DNA from: Marsupella aquatica
Lineage: Eukaryota; Plantae; Marchantiophyta
Direction: 5' to 3'
NCBI GenBank assembly: GCA_973895155.1
Contig: OZ316898.1
Coordinates: forward strand, 14,724,330 to 14,788,329
Length of the DNA: 64,000 nucleotides
Made by a program: the position numbers and the translations under genes. The first letter of the stretch is position 1. The number at the start of each line of letters is the position of its first letter. The notes under the pieces are model-generated. The model saw nothing but the letters and a program-made list of their open reading frames with translations, did no database searches and was not told the DNA's origin. Positions 43,285-56,500 of the stretch are shown piece by piece.

Positions 43285-46200
43285 CTGGTTGCAAAGGCCG
43301 ATACCTTGTTAATAGTCAATGTAAATAAGCCATTTTTTAATTTTTAGTTAATTCCGTCATTATAGGTTGATGATGCCCCAGGTGACTTTATATTCTTTCT
43401 CTCATAATAGTTCTAAGATTTGCGGCGACCTAAGTGGGCAAATATTTTGGGACCTTGAAACTAGCCAGGACCAGCCCCATAGGACTTACCGTTTTGCTTC
43501 AAGAGCTATTGTTGAGACCCCCATTGCAAAGTCAGGAGAGGGGGGGGTTTTTTTTTAAATAAATCCCTCCTCAGGAGGGCGAGTCCCATTAGTGGCCGTC
43601 CGAGAGAAAGAGGGGCTGCCTCGCGAGCCCATAGGGCTGCGTGCCCGGGCGATTAATGGGGCTCCGCGAGCTGAAGGGGCTGCCTCGCGAGCCCATAGGG
43701 TTGCGTGCCCGGGCAATTAATGAGGCTCCGCGAGCTGAAGGAGCGCAAGCGAGCGGGGGGGGGGGAGTTAAAGGGCCTCCCGCGAGCTGGGAGGATCACG
43801 CGAGCGGGGGGGAGTTAAAGGGCCTCCCGCGAGCTGGGAGGATCACGCGAGCGGGGGGGAGTTAAAGGGCCTCCCGCGAGCTGGGAGGATCACGCGAGCG
43901 GGGGGGAGTTAAAGGGCCTCCCGCGAGCTGGGAGGATCACGCGAGCGGGGGGGAGTTGAAGGGCCTCCCGCGAGCCGGGAGGAATGGCCGCGCGCCCTGC
44001 ATAGGGCCGCGCGCAGGAGGACGCAAGGGTAAGGCCCGAGAAATGGGCCGGGGCGCATGGCGAAGGCGCCAGGAGTTTTTTCGGTTCTATTTTTTTTCCT
44101 TCCTTTTTCTTTCCCTCTTCCTTTTGCACGACCCTCTCATTGCCGAAAGCAAAAACGGGGTTCTTCTCTCTCTTGCCGGAAGCTCTCTCCAGATTCTAAT
44201 TATTTTTGAAGCTCTCTCTTTCATGGTGGATTAGTGGGGCTTGCTGGCGTCATTCTTCCAGGCATTAGTGGCGGCCGCACGGAGTAGTGACGGGAAATTG
44301 AGAGAATTTAAGTGATCGGGCTACGGGGGCTGTTTCGGGCCAGGGAATTGACATTGCCACGGGTGACGGGATTGGTGATTGAGAAATTGATTTCGGGATG
44401 CATGGATGCTAGATCAACCAGAGTTTAGTGCGTCACGCATTCGGAGATACAAGGCTGCTTACCGTGACTACGTGGAGACTCGGATTACACGGGAAAGGGA
44501 AGAGAGAGAAGTTATGATGAGCACGGGATTGGCAGCGGGTTCCTCACCGGTGGGTAGGAAGATTTTTCGTCGAATTTATCCCAAGACCTCCACCAAGGTG
44601 ATGGAGGATTGTCGGAACATTTTCCAAGCCACCGGGCTTACAGAATTCATGAAGGTGGAGATTACCATCCCTTCAGGGAAGAGCTGGGACATTGAGGCCG
44701 GGATGGAGTTCCGAACGGAGGGAATCTACTTTGAATGTCTCAAACGTGTAGTGCCCCATGTGGAGTTGGCTAAGCTATTGTTTCTTGAGAATCAGAAATT
44801 CTCATTCACACCTCGGAATATCAGGGGAGAACTCACGTTGAAAATGGTGGCCACTTGGGTGACCAATCCTACCTCCACCACCGCCATCCCTCTTTCTGCT
44901 GTCAAGGATGTTGAGTATAAGGGCTTCCTGGCCAAGGTGCATCAACGGGTTCTTGGCAACGTGCAATCCGGAGTGCTGAATGAGGAGCATTTCGTGGTAG
45001 CTATGGACATCAAGAACTACCCAGCCCATGTGTACGGATGGTGGTGCTACGGATTGAAGAAGCTATTGGCCGCTGAGCCCGGGAGTGTGAAACCAGGTGG
45101 GGCTGTACATTTGATGGGGTCATTTGTATTGGCCAGGGCAGAAGGGTTGATTGGTTCTCCGGGGCATGAAGACACGGGATCATCTCTCACCACGGAGATC
45201 CGGAGTATTGCCACTACCGTTTTAGGGAAGCTCACGGAGGAATCATTGTCTGCTGGTGGGGAGGATAATAGAGAAGAAGAGAACCAGGAGGATGATTGCA
45301 CATTGGAGTGGCTTGAATCACTCGTGGGAGATCCGAAACAGCCTCTGGAATACAACATTCCGGATGTTTACTTGGCAGAGCTACGGGATTTCAGAGAGGG
45401 AGTCCACGAGGGACTCAAGCTAGTCCACGCATTGAGGGAGTCTCTCAAGCACGCCACAGTCAAAGTAGAGACGTTAGAGCAGAGCATCCTGTCACTGAAG
45501 GAGGTGATCAAGACCAAGGAGCAGACCATTCATGAGAAGGTCAGGCACATCAATGCAGCTCACGTAGAGATCACCAACTTGAAGGGAGCTTTGTCCACCA
45601 AGGCCAAGGAAGCAGAAGAAGTAGGAGCGTTGAGGCAAGCATTGGCCAAAGAGAAGCAAAATTCTGGAGAAGTGATGGAGTGGAGGAACCAGGTGGGAGC
45701 ACTACGGAGTCAGGTGGCAGCCTTTGAGACACGAGCGAAGAGAAGTGAGGCCCTGAGTCTAGGGAAACGGAAGAGTCCCGGCACACCTGGCTCCACACTT
45801 TCCCCGGATGTGATCTCCCAAGCTATCGAGATGGTGGTGAAGGAGGTTAGTGGGAAGTATGGACCCTTGTTGGATGGAGCCAAGAAGAGTCAGGAGAAGA
45901 GTAAGAGCTTGGAGAAGAAGCTCCGGGAGGTACGGAAATCGTTACGGGAGGCTCAGGTCAGTACGGGGATGCCACCCAGGTCTGTCACCCCCGGGACTCC
46001 CATGGCCACGGGGCAAGTTCTACCGTTGGAGTTGCGGTCCGGAGAAGAGGCTACCCTCTGGAAGGACACAATTGGTGAGGGGTACATCAAGGCGTGGCAG
46101 GCCTTGGCTGCTTTGAGGAAGCGCGGGAGCAGCAGCACTAAGAGTACTCCGTCGAAGAAGAAGAAAAGTACGGTGGCACTCACTCCCGTGAGTGATGAGG

Positions 46201-47373
46201 AGGAGGACCACTCACGGGGCACAAGTCCGGGCACCGAGAGCGAAGAAGAAGAGGAGGATTAGATAGGCGTACGGACGTGGGTGTACGGCCTCCAGATTTC
46301 CAACATTTTAGTGGGGGGTCACTCATGGGCTTGTTGGGATGAGCTCGCGGAGCTGATTCCAACAAGAGGCGGCGCTCCTCAAACGGAGCCAGGATGAGCA
46401 AGTTATGGCCTGGAGAACTTATGTTTTTGCGGTACGGAAACGGCCATAACTCAGGCGTCTGAAGTCCGTTGAGGGAGCGACTTAGTGATTCGGAAGCAGG
46501 AAAAGAAGAGCTATCCAGGGGTGAGCTCAGGTGTGCACTTGGAAGGGCACCTAGTTTCGGCCATTTTGGGGTGCCTCTCACTTTCAGGGTTCACGTGTAC
46601 TGTTGGGGCGCCGTCGAAGGCACCGTCGGCCCCCTTGTTTTGGGTTTAGGGTTTTAGCAGCATGTGTGTGCCGCATGCTCCTCTTCAGTTTAAGGATTTC
46701 TCTTAGTGCAAGGTTTTAGCGGCGCCGCTAGGGTAGCCGCCACCGTTGTGACCCTGTGAGGGGTGCTTTGGTGTGATTTTTCAGTATTTAGGGGGATAGC
46801 CCCGAAGTAGTTAGGGGGACTCAGTGTGAAGTTAGCAAGGAGGGATAGAGTGGAGCCTGAGGAGTTTGAAAGCGTGTTCAGAGTAGTGAGGGGGAGCCAT
46901 ACTCATTGTCCGGAGAGGCAGGAGTTGAGTAGACGGCAGGAGGCCGGGTTACTCATGCAATGTGTATCGTTTTTCCCAAGAGATATGGATCTGTACATTT
47001 GACTTGATGGGCTTTTGTTGTGTGTTCCTTCTCCCTTTTTCGCTTTCCGAATTGTGTTCTCCCGTTCTATGATTTGAAGAAACTTGCTTGGTTTGAGTCG
47101 GCCTTGTGAGTAGGGGTGGTGACAGCACTCTTTGGGTGACTCCGAGTGAAGGTGTAGTGGGGTAGTCGGCAGGACTTGATCAAAAGCTGTGGGGTGAGGG
47201 TAGTCGGTAGACTTGATCAAAACCTACATTTCCGGGAGCGGAAACCAAAATACTCATCCTGGTGTGAAAAGAATCCAAATAGCGTCCCTCCACGACCCCG
47301 TAATACGATACCAACGGTTTAAGCGAAGAAAAGTGCGGTTTGCACGTATTAACCGTTGGAGAGGCAAGTGACA
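43249..47373 (+). repeat. LTR3 of C (4125 bp)
   Basis: Preceded by the PPT and followed by the TSD AAATG. Confidence 0.95.
44406..46262 (+). CDS. 618-aa LTR-encoded accessory protein, copy 3
   Basis: As copy 1, with one K>R difference. Confidence 0.85.
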   Translation: MLDQPEFSASRIRRYKAAYRDYVETRITREREEREVMMSTGLAAGSSPVGRKIFRRIYPKTSTKVMEDCRNIFQATGLTEFMKVEITIPSGKSWDIEAGMEFRTEGIYFECLKRVVPHVELAKLLFLENQKFSFTPRNIRGELTLKMVATWVTNPTSTTAIPLSAVKDVEYKGFLAKVHQRVLGNVQSGVLNEEHFVVAMDIKNYPAHVYGWWCYGLKKLLAAEPGSVKPGGAVHLMGSFVLARAEGLIGSPGHEDTGSSLTTEIRSIATTVLGKLTEESLSAGGEDNREEENQEDDCTLEWLESLVGDPKQPLEYNIPDVYLAELRDFREGVHEGLKLVHALRESLKHATVKVETLEQSILSLKEVIKTKEQTIHEKVRHINAAHVEITNLKGALSTKAKEAEEVGALRQALAKEKQNSGEVMEWRNQVGALRSQVAAFETRAKRSEALSLGKRKSPGTPGSTLSPDVISQAIEMVVKEVSGKYGPLLDGAKKSQEKSKSLEKKLREVRKSLREAQVSTGMPPRSVTPGTPMATGQVLPLELRSGEEATLWKDTIGEGYIKAWQALAALRKRGSSSTKSTPSKKKKSTVALTPVSDEEEDHSRGTSPGTESEEEEED

Positions 47374-48268
47374 AAATGTAGGAATCTCAAGTTGCATGGG
47401 TACCAGGGCTTCCTGTCCAAAGGTTAAGAAAAAGGGTGTATGACCGGTAGTGGATTTATAGGCTAAATTGTAAGCAAAAACAACAGCAAACAATTTATCA
47501 TCCCAATTGAGTTTGTTCTGAGCTACGGTTTTGTTCAATATCTTTCCTATAATTCCATTTGCTCATTCTGTCAACCCATTTGCCTTTGGGTGGTAGGGAG
47601 TAGTAGGCCTATGTCTAACTAAATACTGCTCATTTAAACGACTAATTATATCATTCAGAAAATGGGTTCCTCTATCACTAACTAATTCTAGGGGTGCGCC
47701 ATACCTGGTGAAGATCTGCTCATACATGAATCGAGCCGTAGTAATTGCATCATCCTTCGTTGTCGGCCTGGCCTCTACCCACTTAGTTGCATAATCCGTG
47801 GCCAAGATTATGTACTTGTTTCTTCGAGGATGGGTCAATGGTTTCAGAGGTCCCATGTAGTCAATACCCCATTTCTCAAATGGTGCCAGAGGTAGAATAG
47901 GGTGCAGTGGATGTCTTGTGGACGCCCTTGGTCCTCCCACTCGTTGACAAGGGTCGCATTGTTTGATAAACTGATAGACATCCTTGTGCAAGGTGGGCCA
48001 CCAGTAACCGGCATTTAATATCTTTTTAGACGTGGTTGCTAGAGCAAAATGTCCTCCGGCTTCCTCCCCATGCATAGCCCGTAGGACTCGTTTTACCTCT
48101 CCTCTTTCCAAACACCTTTGAATCGTGCCGCTGATTCCATACGTACCTGTGTAGGATGCCCTTAATGCACTGATACTGTCTGACCTTCCGTAGAAAGACT
48201 GCAGCTTGCTCTCTATTTAGCCCTGGCTATAATCTGGAGGTGCTGAGAAATTGTAAAATCTCAGGGTA

Positions 48269-50641
48269 TGTGACGCCAATGACATGGTCCTTATTTTGTA
48301 ATCTGATTAAGTAGGTTGCTGTATGCAAGGAGTAGCTATTGATATTGCATAACAATTAGCAAGATGGCAAGAATAAGGGCAATCATGGCGTTAAGAGTAG
48401 GGAAATAAAAGCTATGTCGCAGGTGGTCGGCGACCATATCTCTTTCAATATGTCACCAAATCCGGATCTGTAAAGAGCATTGGAAAGATCTGGTCAAGGC
48501 GAGTAAAATCGATATAAAACACTCGGGAAACGGAGGTGTATTAAGAAAGATACGGCCTGATTAGTGTGACGGGTTAACTTGTGGCCGGAATTAGCGGATT
48601 CGGCTTCAGTTTCGGGTTAACCCAAGCTCGACCACGGCTTAGCTTATGTGAGCACGGCTTCAGCTTAGCTCAGGTCAGCACGGCTTCAGCTTAGCTTAGG
48701 TAAGCACGGCTTCAGCTTATCTCAGGTAAGAACGGCTTCAGCTTAGCTCAGGTCAGCACGGCTTCAGCTTAGCTCAGGTCAACACGGCTTCAGCTTAGCT
48801 CAGGTCAGCGCGGCCTCAGGTTAGCATAGGTAAGCTCGGATTCGGGCTCAGCTTAGGCTAGGTTAGCGGATAGCGGATAGCGGGTAGCGGCCTAACCCGA
48901 GACCACGGGTTAGCTCTACTCGGGTTAGATAGGATAGCTAGGTTAGCCAAACTCGGGTTAGCTATGTAACTCGGGTTAGCGCAGCAGTGAGTACCCCCTC
49001 TCGGTTGCGGGGGCATAACTCTCTATGTATTTGACCAAATCGGCTATAATTGACCTCGTTGGAAAGAGGAGCTCAAGCCGCTTCCAACGCTGCTATCCAC
49101 GCAGAAAATGGTTAAATAGAGAAATCGGGAGAGGAGGCGCAAGCTCGCGAAAACCAGGGAGGAGGGCCGAATCCGAAGTACATAGCCAATTCGAGATAGA
49201 AATAAAGTTGCGAGTTAGGGTTCAGTAGTTAGAGATAGTGGCGGCTCTGTTAGGGCTGGGATGGGGCTCCAGCAGCGTAGTATCCACCCATTTGGGCTCA
49301 GTATGAGAGAGTATATAGAGCATCCCTCCGGTAGAGGCAGGGGGGACTTCAGTTGTGTGATCTCACTTAGACTGAGTAGCGGGGAGGAGCTCTGTGCAAG
49401 CAAGGCTGGACTTGGACGCTGCGTGTTGGGGAGAGCTTGGTTGTGCTATTACTCAGGGAGTAATCAGCCAAGCTTCACAGCAACGGGTTGCTAGGTTTGC
49501 GAGCTGGATTGTGGCTCTTTCTAGTGGGCAGCACAACTGGGTTCTTTTCCCCCGATACAGAGCCTTGGTGATAGGTGATGTATTGGTGATTGTAAACTGT
49601 GGGGAGGATTTCAATTCGATTTGCGGTGGGCACATTAGGGAGGCTGAGGTACTGATTAAGGGGCAGCAGGAGGAGCATTTACAGTTCAGTCTGGCAAGGC
49701 TACGTGATCCATGGGGAGTCCCGGCCTTTGTCTGGTGGAGAGCACTAAGGGATCTATGGCCAGAGCTGAGCTTGCAGGGCAAGCGTGAGGCCGGGCCTCA
49801 TTGCAGTCTGGGATAGATCGCCGTTAGGCCTGGTACCAGCTTTGAAGTCGAGTCAACTATGCATGCGTAACTTGACGTTCTGAATTGGAGGTGTGAGATC
49901 TGTATGTGCCCCCAAGAATGAAGTGCAGTGAAGGAGGTTGAGTTCAGGATTGAGCTTGCATGGCAAGCACGGGGCTTGCAGGGCAAGCACGTCACAATCT
50001 GGAGGAGACAGCCTTCGGCCCTAGTGTTCGGATCAAGTGTTCTCAGTGAACTATTGTGCACATCTTTGAATCTAATTGAGTTTTCCTCTCAGGCCTCATT
50101 TCTCTCATGGATGTGTGTGTGTGTGAGGCAATCTGAGTGTATGATGGAACTAGTAGCGCCACTGAGAGGTGTACCGGGTGCATTGAAGCGGGCTGGGTGA
50201 GGACTGTCATAGCTCTGATTGTTGAGAGTGGAATGGCAGAGTGGTGGGGCAATGGCTTAGAAGTCCCTAAGCCGGGAATCAGTCAGGAGTCACTGGTTTA
50301 TGGGTACATTCCGGCGGCGGAATAGAAACATACCTATGACAGTAAGCATATGTATAGACCTATGCGCACCGTAGCGCTAGGCCCTATGTGTACGGGCCCG
50401 ATATGAAGACCCCTTCTCACCAGAACTATCATGAGCGCAGATCTGATCCCCAACCTTGGTTCCTTGGGATTGAGCTTGGGTGATGTGTGATAGAGTCTTG
50501 CTATGATAGTCTGGTGTTAAGGGCATAAACTGGTGTTTACCGGCATTCACAACATCCCTTCGTGATCCTCAGGTACAAGGAGATGGTTTTGGCACCCATA
50601 GTGACGTTTTTGGTGTTAAGACCCATGTCAATCGCGTGACT
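48269..50641. mobile_element. Element D: 2373-bp solo LTR
   Basis: Starts TGTGAC and ends GTGACT; 5-bp TSD GGGTA at 48264-48268 and 50642-50646. Excision restores B pol DTWYP-EILQFL. No credible coding domain. Confidence 0.85.
48630..48840. repeat. 26-bp minisatellite (~7-8 units) in solo LTR D
   Basis: Unit agcacggcttcagcttagctcaggtc. Confidence 0.9.
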
Positions 50642-53522
50642 GGGTACCATGTATCAGCTATTTCCACAACAAATAGCTCCTCGTCGGGAAATCGATCATT
50701 GATGCAATCTGTGGCAGGTTCACCTGTGATCCTTGAAAAGAAGTCGGCATTGGCGTGTAGCTTTCTTGGCTTGATTTTTAGCTCGTAGTCAAACTCCTGT
50801 AATAGCAAAATCCATCTTGCTACCCTGCCTGTAAGGTCCGGCTTATTTACTAGGTACTTCAAACTTTCATGATCGGTATGAAAGATTACTTTGTACCCTA
50901 GTAAATAATGCCTAAACTTTTTACAGGAATAAATGACTCCTAATGCTTCTCTTTCTGTGGTGGAGTAATTGCGTTCGGCATCGGCAAGTTGGCAGCTTGC
51001 AAAGTATATGGGATGGTCCCTTCCTTTCTCATCCAACTGACTTAGTACTAAGCCGATACAGAAGCCTGAGACATCTACAAAGACATGAAAATCCTTGTTC
51101 CAGTCTGGTGCTATCATGATTGGGGCCTCTACTAACATTTGCTTCAATTCTACTACTGCTGTTACTCATTCTGGTGTGGGTTCAAAGTCTGCACCTGCTT
51201 TGAGCATGTTGGTTAATGGTAAAGCTAGTTTGGCAAAGTCCTTGATGAACCGACGATAATAGCCAATGCACCCCAAGAAGGATCTCACATCCTTTATGTT
51301 CTTAGGTTGCATGATATCTAGCCATACTGCTAGCTTATCCTTATCAATCTCAATGCCCTTCTTTGATACCTTGTGACCTAGTAGCACACCCTCTGTTACT
51401 CCAAAGAAACATTTATCGGGGTGTAACTTGAGACCTACCTCTCTGCATCTCATGAAGGTTTTCCTGAGGTATTTAGCATGTTTTGATGCCTTCCCAAACA
51501 CTGCAAAGTCATCAATGAAGATTTCCATGAACTTTCTCAAGTAGTCGTGGAAAATGTTCACCATTAATCATTGGAACATTGCTGGTGCGTTACAGAGTCC
51601 AAACGGCATACGATTGAAGACATAGATCCCCCATTCCGTGATGAAGGCCATCTTGATTTGGTCCTCCTGCCTAATCCTGATTTGGTTATAACCAGAGTAT
51701 CCATCCATGAATGAGTATAGTTCATGACTGGCTACCATGTCTAGTACCATATCAGTAAAGGGTAAAGGAAAATGGTCTTTTAACGTAGCCTCATTCAACT
51801 TCCTGTAATCTTGACAAACCCGGATCTTTGGTTTACCATCGGGTCCAGCTTTCTTGGGAACTATCACAATTGGAGACACCCAGTCTGAGTGTAGGACTGG
51901 AGTGATGAATCCGGCTTCTCCTAGCTTGTCAATTTCAGTTTTTACCATCAGGGAATACTTAGGGTTCATCCTTCGAATCGGTTGTCGAAATGATTTGGCC
52001 CCTAACATGAGATCGATTCGGTGTTCTCCTAGTTTTGGGTCTACTCCCTTCATATCTTGGTGACTCCATGCGAACACATCCTGAAATTCAATTAGTAATT
52101 CACTGATCTCCTTCTCGAGCTCAGGTGTCAGGTCCCTCCCTAAGTTCAGTTCCCTTCCTTCTCCTAAGTCGAGCTTCCGGTATTGCCGTGCTTGGATCAT
52201 ATTAATCTGCTTCTTCAAATTCGGGTCCAGCTCGGCTTCCAGCCTTTCCAGTCTCATACCTCCATAGACTGGAATCTTGGCAGTACTAGCTGAGTAATTG
52301 GTTGACTTAATTTCTCCCTAGTTCTCAACAGACTGTTCCCTTGCCGTTCTGCTCGGTTTTGATTTAGTTGTCGGCTTCCCTTCCTGACTCGGTTTTGGAT
52401 TCTTCCAGTGCATGTCATCTATTATTGCTTCTTGAGGGTCAGCCGTCGTGCTCTTCCGGCTTCTAGTAGGGCCTCAATTTGCTATGTCCTTGAGATCGGC
52501 TTGTAAGACGATCCCCTTGTATTTAATTTGTTGCCGGGGATAGATGGCGTTGTGGATCCTGTCGGCTCTGCCACAACGCCTGAGGAAAATCCACGGTCCC
52601 TGCTGTAGCTCCCCACTTAACTATTTCACCCAACTGGTCCACCTTTGGTGCTTCCTCCGGGATTGAAGCTAAAAAGGTGGATTCTATGGTAAAGCAATCC
52701 TCGACCTCTTCTTCACCTTCCTCCAAGTCACTTTCCATAGGTTCTTGCCATAATCCGCTGGGGGGTACCTCTGTGTTGCCGGCGCCTTTCCTTCCCCTTC
52801 TGTTGACGTGGGTATGATAGCCATGACAGAAAACAGAAAATAGAAAACCTGTTACCAGGGGTTTATTTTCTGTTAACAGGGAAATTGTACCTGTTACCAG
52901 TAAGCTTGTCCCTGTTACCAGTTTTGCCTGAACCATAACGTGCATATCCACCACTCTAAGGTGCATATCCACCACTCTAATGGCATAATTTTTCGGGGGG
53001 CAATAAAATTTAAAACAAACAATTATTTTGTGCCATCCGATGGATGAAGTGTACTATCAATCCTCCATTGACACAACAATTTATTGTAGAAGATAAAAAA
53101 CATGGTATTAGGAGTGTGCCTAAAGAAACATTCATGCAAATCAATCTATTTTCATCGCCAAATAGTGACCCTTAGAGTGGGACCCACCATAGCACATGTC
53201 AATCATGGAGTCCAAATCAACCCAATCTAAAGGAGTTGATTAAATGGACCTTGTAACGTCACAAACAAATGACAAATCACATCCTCGAGGCTTTGAAGAC
53301 AGTAGACAATTTAATCAACTTACACATTTTAAATAAAACAAGAGGTCATTCTTCCACAATGCACGTACATAATGAAGCAATGAATATCCGGTTTCCTAGA
53401 ACCAGCGCCCGACGCTAACCAACAAAGTCTCAATAAAACAACTAAAATATCCGTTGGAAAAAGACAAAATAGGGAATAACCGTTATATTGAACGACGACC
53501 TATTGGGCAGTTTCGATCTCTC

Positions 53523-56500
53523 TCATAAGCCATTCAAGTTCTGCCTCTCCAGCACAAGCCTGACTTCGCCTAAAGTCAAAATAGGTTGGCTACAAAGAGT
53601 CAACTCCTCAATCTCAAGTTTGAAAACATTTATGTACACCCAGTATAGATGTTTGCAAGGCATGTACGACTTGCCACGCGAATGTTGGAGGAAGAAGTCT
53701 TCACAAGAGCAAGCGGGGAAGATATAGATTTGGACGAAGTATGTGCTTGGTGATCGATGGTTCTCATGGGTTTGAATTCGAAATTGCTTTCCAAAAGCAT
53801 TTCCGGTCTGAACATTCCATTCCCCATCCAAACTCATCACTTCTTGTCGTGCAGACCCCATTCACTTCGTGTGACCCACAGTGAGATTAGACCGAGGCCT
53901 TGAGTTCCTCCCATTCCGACTACCAAGTCGGAGATTCGGCTCCAAAAACCTTATTGTTTCTGGGAACACGTTAACATTTATCCTGAGGTCAAAAGCAGAT
54001 GGCGTAGATCGACTCAATCCTGTTGTTCGCTCTAAGACAAGTCCTTGCTCTTCCAGGAATGTAATTTCAAAAGGAGATAGGCTCGTACCCTTCTTAACAG
54101 GCAAAATGTCAGGAAAAGGAGGAAGCTTCTGAACACCACGACGCGGATGACTCTTGTAACACGCTTGGTTCGGGCAAAACCAAATCATTTCGGAGATGGG
54201 TTCGCCCTTGAAGAGACGATGGCCCTTCACGACAATTCCGACAACACCTTGAGACGAATGGAAGCCAACCTTCTTGATACGATTTCGACACTCATCGCGA
54301 TCCGAACTCCCATTCAGTGTACCATTGCATCGCGGACCTGCTCCATACTTTGATGTCCGTCGCAACTGCCACTGCCCCGGAGGGACATCCTTCTCTAGCA
54401 CAATGGTGCGTGGAAGTTGATTCTGAAGTGCTGCTGGGGCACTGAGCGGAGGTTTTGAGGATCTTGTTGTTCGGGTTGTTTGAGGAGTATAGTCCAGTGA
54501 ATCAGTATCACTCTCTGATGTGACCATACCTGAGAGATTCACCGCCTTTGTGATAGGATGATCAGAACTTGAGGGAATAGAAGAAAAGTCAGTTCTGTTC
54601 AGGTTCTTCCTTTTCAAACCACGAGTATTTGGTGTGGTTATTAGAACGGTGTCATGCCGATGGGAATCTTGTGGAGAGACAGTCCCAGTTGCATGTCCCT
54701 TCCTCTTCATTGACTTTGTCATTATATCTCCATTCAGGGGAGTACTTCTTTCCAAATCGAATTCTGCTGCGTTAGATAGAAGCATATTAGTCGCTTCTTC
54801 AAACAATCTTGGCGAACCTGCTTGATTGGCGGAACGGAACGCCAATTCCCATATAGTTGGCCCCTTCCCCCGGTTCAAGCCTTTACGGTATGCACTGTAT
54901 CCGGCAACTTGAGACAGAGCACGGTTTTGGTCAACTTCGCAAGCTTCATAAAGACCGACCTTTTTCTTTGTAGCCGAGGCTTTCATGGATGCATGCCTTG
55001 ATTCTGACCCTGTACAGTTGGGGATCAAGGCACCTTCCTCAGTGCTTTTGCTCTGCCATACGAAAATGTCAACCGTAAGTAGTATTCTATTACCAGCGCC
55101 CGGCGCTGGCAACATAAATATGTAGAACAGGCCTGAAATACAATTTCAATGTTTAATACTGAATTCTAACTACATATTGGCTTCAATTTCTTGTACTACT
55201 TGTTTTGACGTGTATGGAGAAAATAACCAGCGCCTAGCGCTAATATGAAGTTGATGAACATTACAGTCTAGATAGATGGATGCCTTACCACTCGAATAAA
55301 ATTGCCCCACTGGCGCCAGCGAACAACCCACCAAGATATCCAGCTTTGCAGCATCTTCAACTTTCCGGGGACACAGTTTCCTGATTGCCACCACACAACA
55401 ATCTCTCGGGACACCCGGTATGCTGCCACAAATGATGGAGCATTTCTCAGTTTCTCCCAAAGTCTCTGATGCTCCGATTGACATTCTTCCAGTACTCCTT
55501 CCTTGGAATGACGATGAAAAGATTGATAAAAGTGAAATGCATCAGAGCGCTCCCTCTCCGGGTCCGGGTGTCCACCAAAAAAAACATTTCGCACTGCATT
55601 CCATCCAGCTTGTGCATTGTCGGCCATAAATCCTTGGATGACAACCTCCTGAAGTTCATGTTCTTTGCAAACCTCAATCATCACTCTCCATGCCTTTTCA
55701 AAAGACTCAGTGTCTTCACCTTTCAACTCGCATGTGAAAATTGTACACAGTGCACGGAAATTGTGGTCGTAGACGTGTGCGCTGAAAGTAAACCAATCCG
55801 TGGTGACACGCTGCATCACATCGAAACTTACCCAGGCTCCTTCGAGTCTTCCACCCGGTTGCATCTGCCTCAAAAGATCCACACCAGAACCGTGACCTTT
55901 CACGGTCATTTTAAAGATGTGAGGCCTATCGTTCTGACATCCCTGACTTGGAAGCAAATACCTCTGGAGAAATGACACATCAATCCTCCTCTGCATTTTC
56001 GAGAGAAAATCTAATTCACCCCAACCTGTTTGGTCTATCCTAACGCTCCGACAAAGAGATGCAAACTTCTGCGGAGTGGAAAGGACCATCAGAGACTTCC
56101 ATATTTCAGTTTCTTCGATATCGACCATGTCATCAACATGTTCGCAGAGAGATTTCACTAAGGACCCTGTAGCAGAATTCAAGATCCCTGCCGGTTTTGA
56201 CAGAGAATTGGCTTCATGTTTTTTTTAATTAGATCCTCAGCTATCTTCTCCGCACTCCTACAGAAGGTTTTTCTACCTGGATGGTTGTGCTCACCTATAT
56301 GAATTGCCAGGCGGGACATATGACTACATATTTCCGCATCAAGTAATACTTGGGGGTACATGTAAAACAAACGGGCAGGGCAGTACTTCACACAAAAAGG
56401 AATCTGTTCGCAGTAATGACAAACAACACCTCCCTCTTCGATGAAAGATCCCACAGCATACTGACCATTGAGCTTTGGAGTACCCTGCCATGCCTTAGCA

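Larger units (their letters stand above)
21765..47373 (+). mobile_element. Element C: intact Ty3/gypsy (Athila-like) retrotransposon as a 3-LTR tandem (LTR-int-LTR-int-LTR), unit 10,743 bp
   Basis: Termini TGTGAC...GTGACA; one TSD AAATG at 21760-21764 and 47374-47378; two identical 2132-aa gag-pol proteins; PBS and PPT each present twice. Confidence 0.97.
47374..52820 (-). pseudogene. pol: Element B: degraded pol (RT, RNase H, integrase) of a related but distinct gypsy family, interrupted by solo LTR D
   Basis: Motifs RMPFGLCNAP, IFIDDF, VFVDVSGFCIG, EAGGHF, WGIDYMGP and SDRGTHF; several stops. The right boundary is approximate. Confidence 0.9.

Noticed and set aside
49025-50325. Short ORFs inside solo LTR D
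   Set aside because: Mutually overlapping, with no recognisable motifs or long intact frame.
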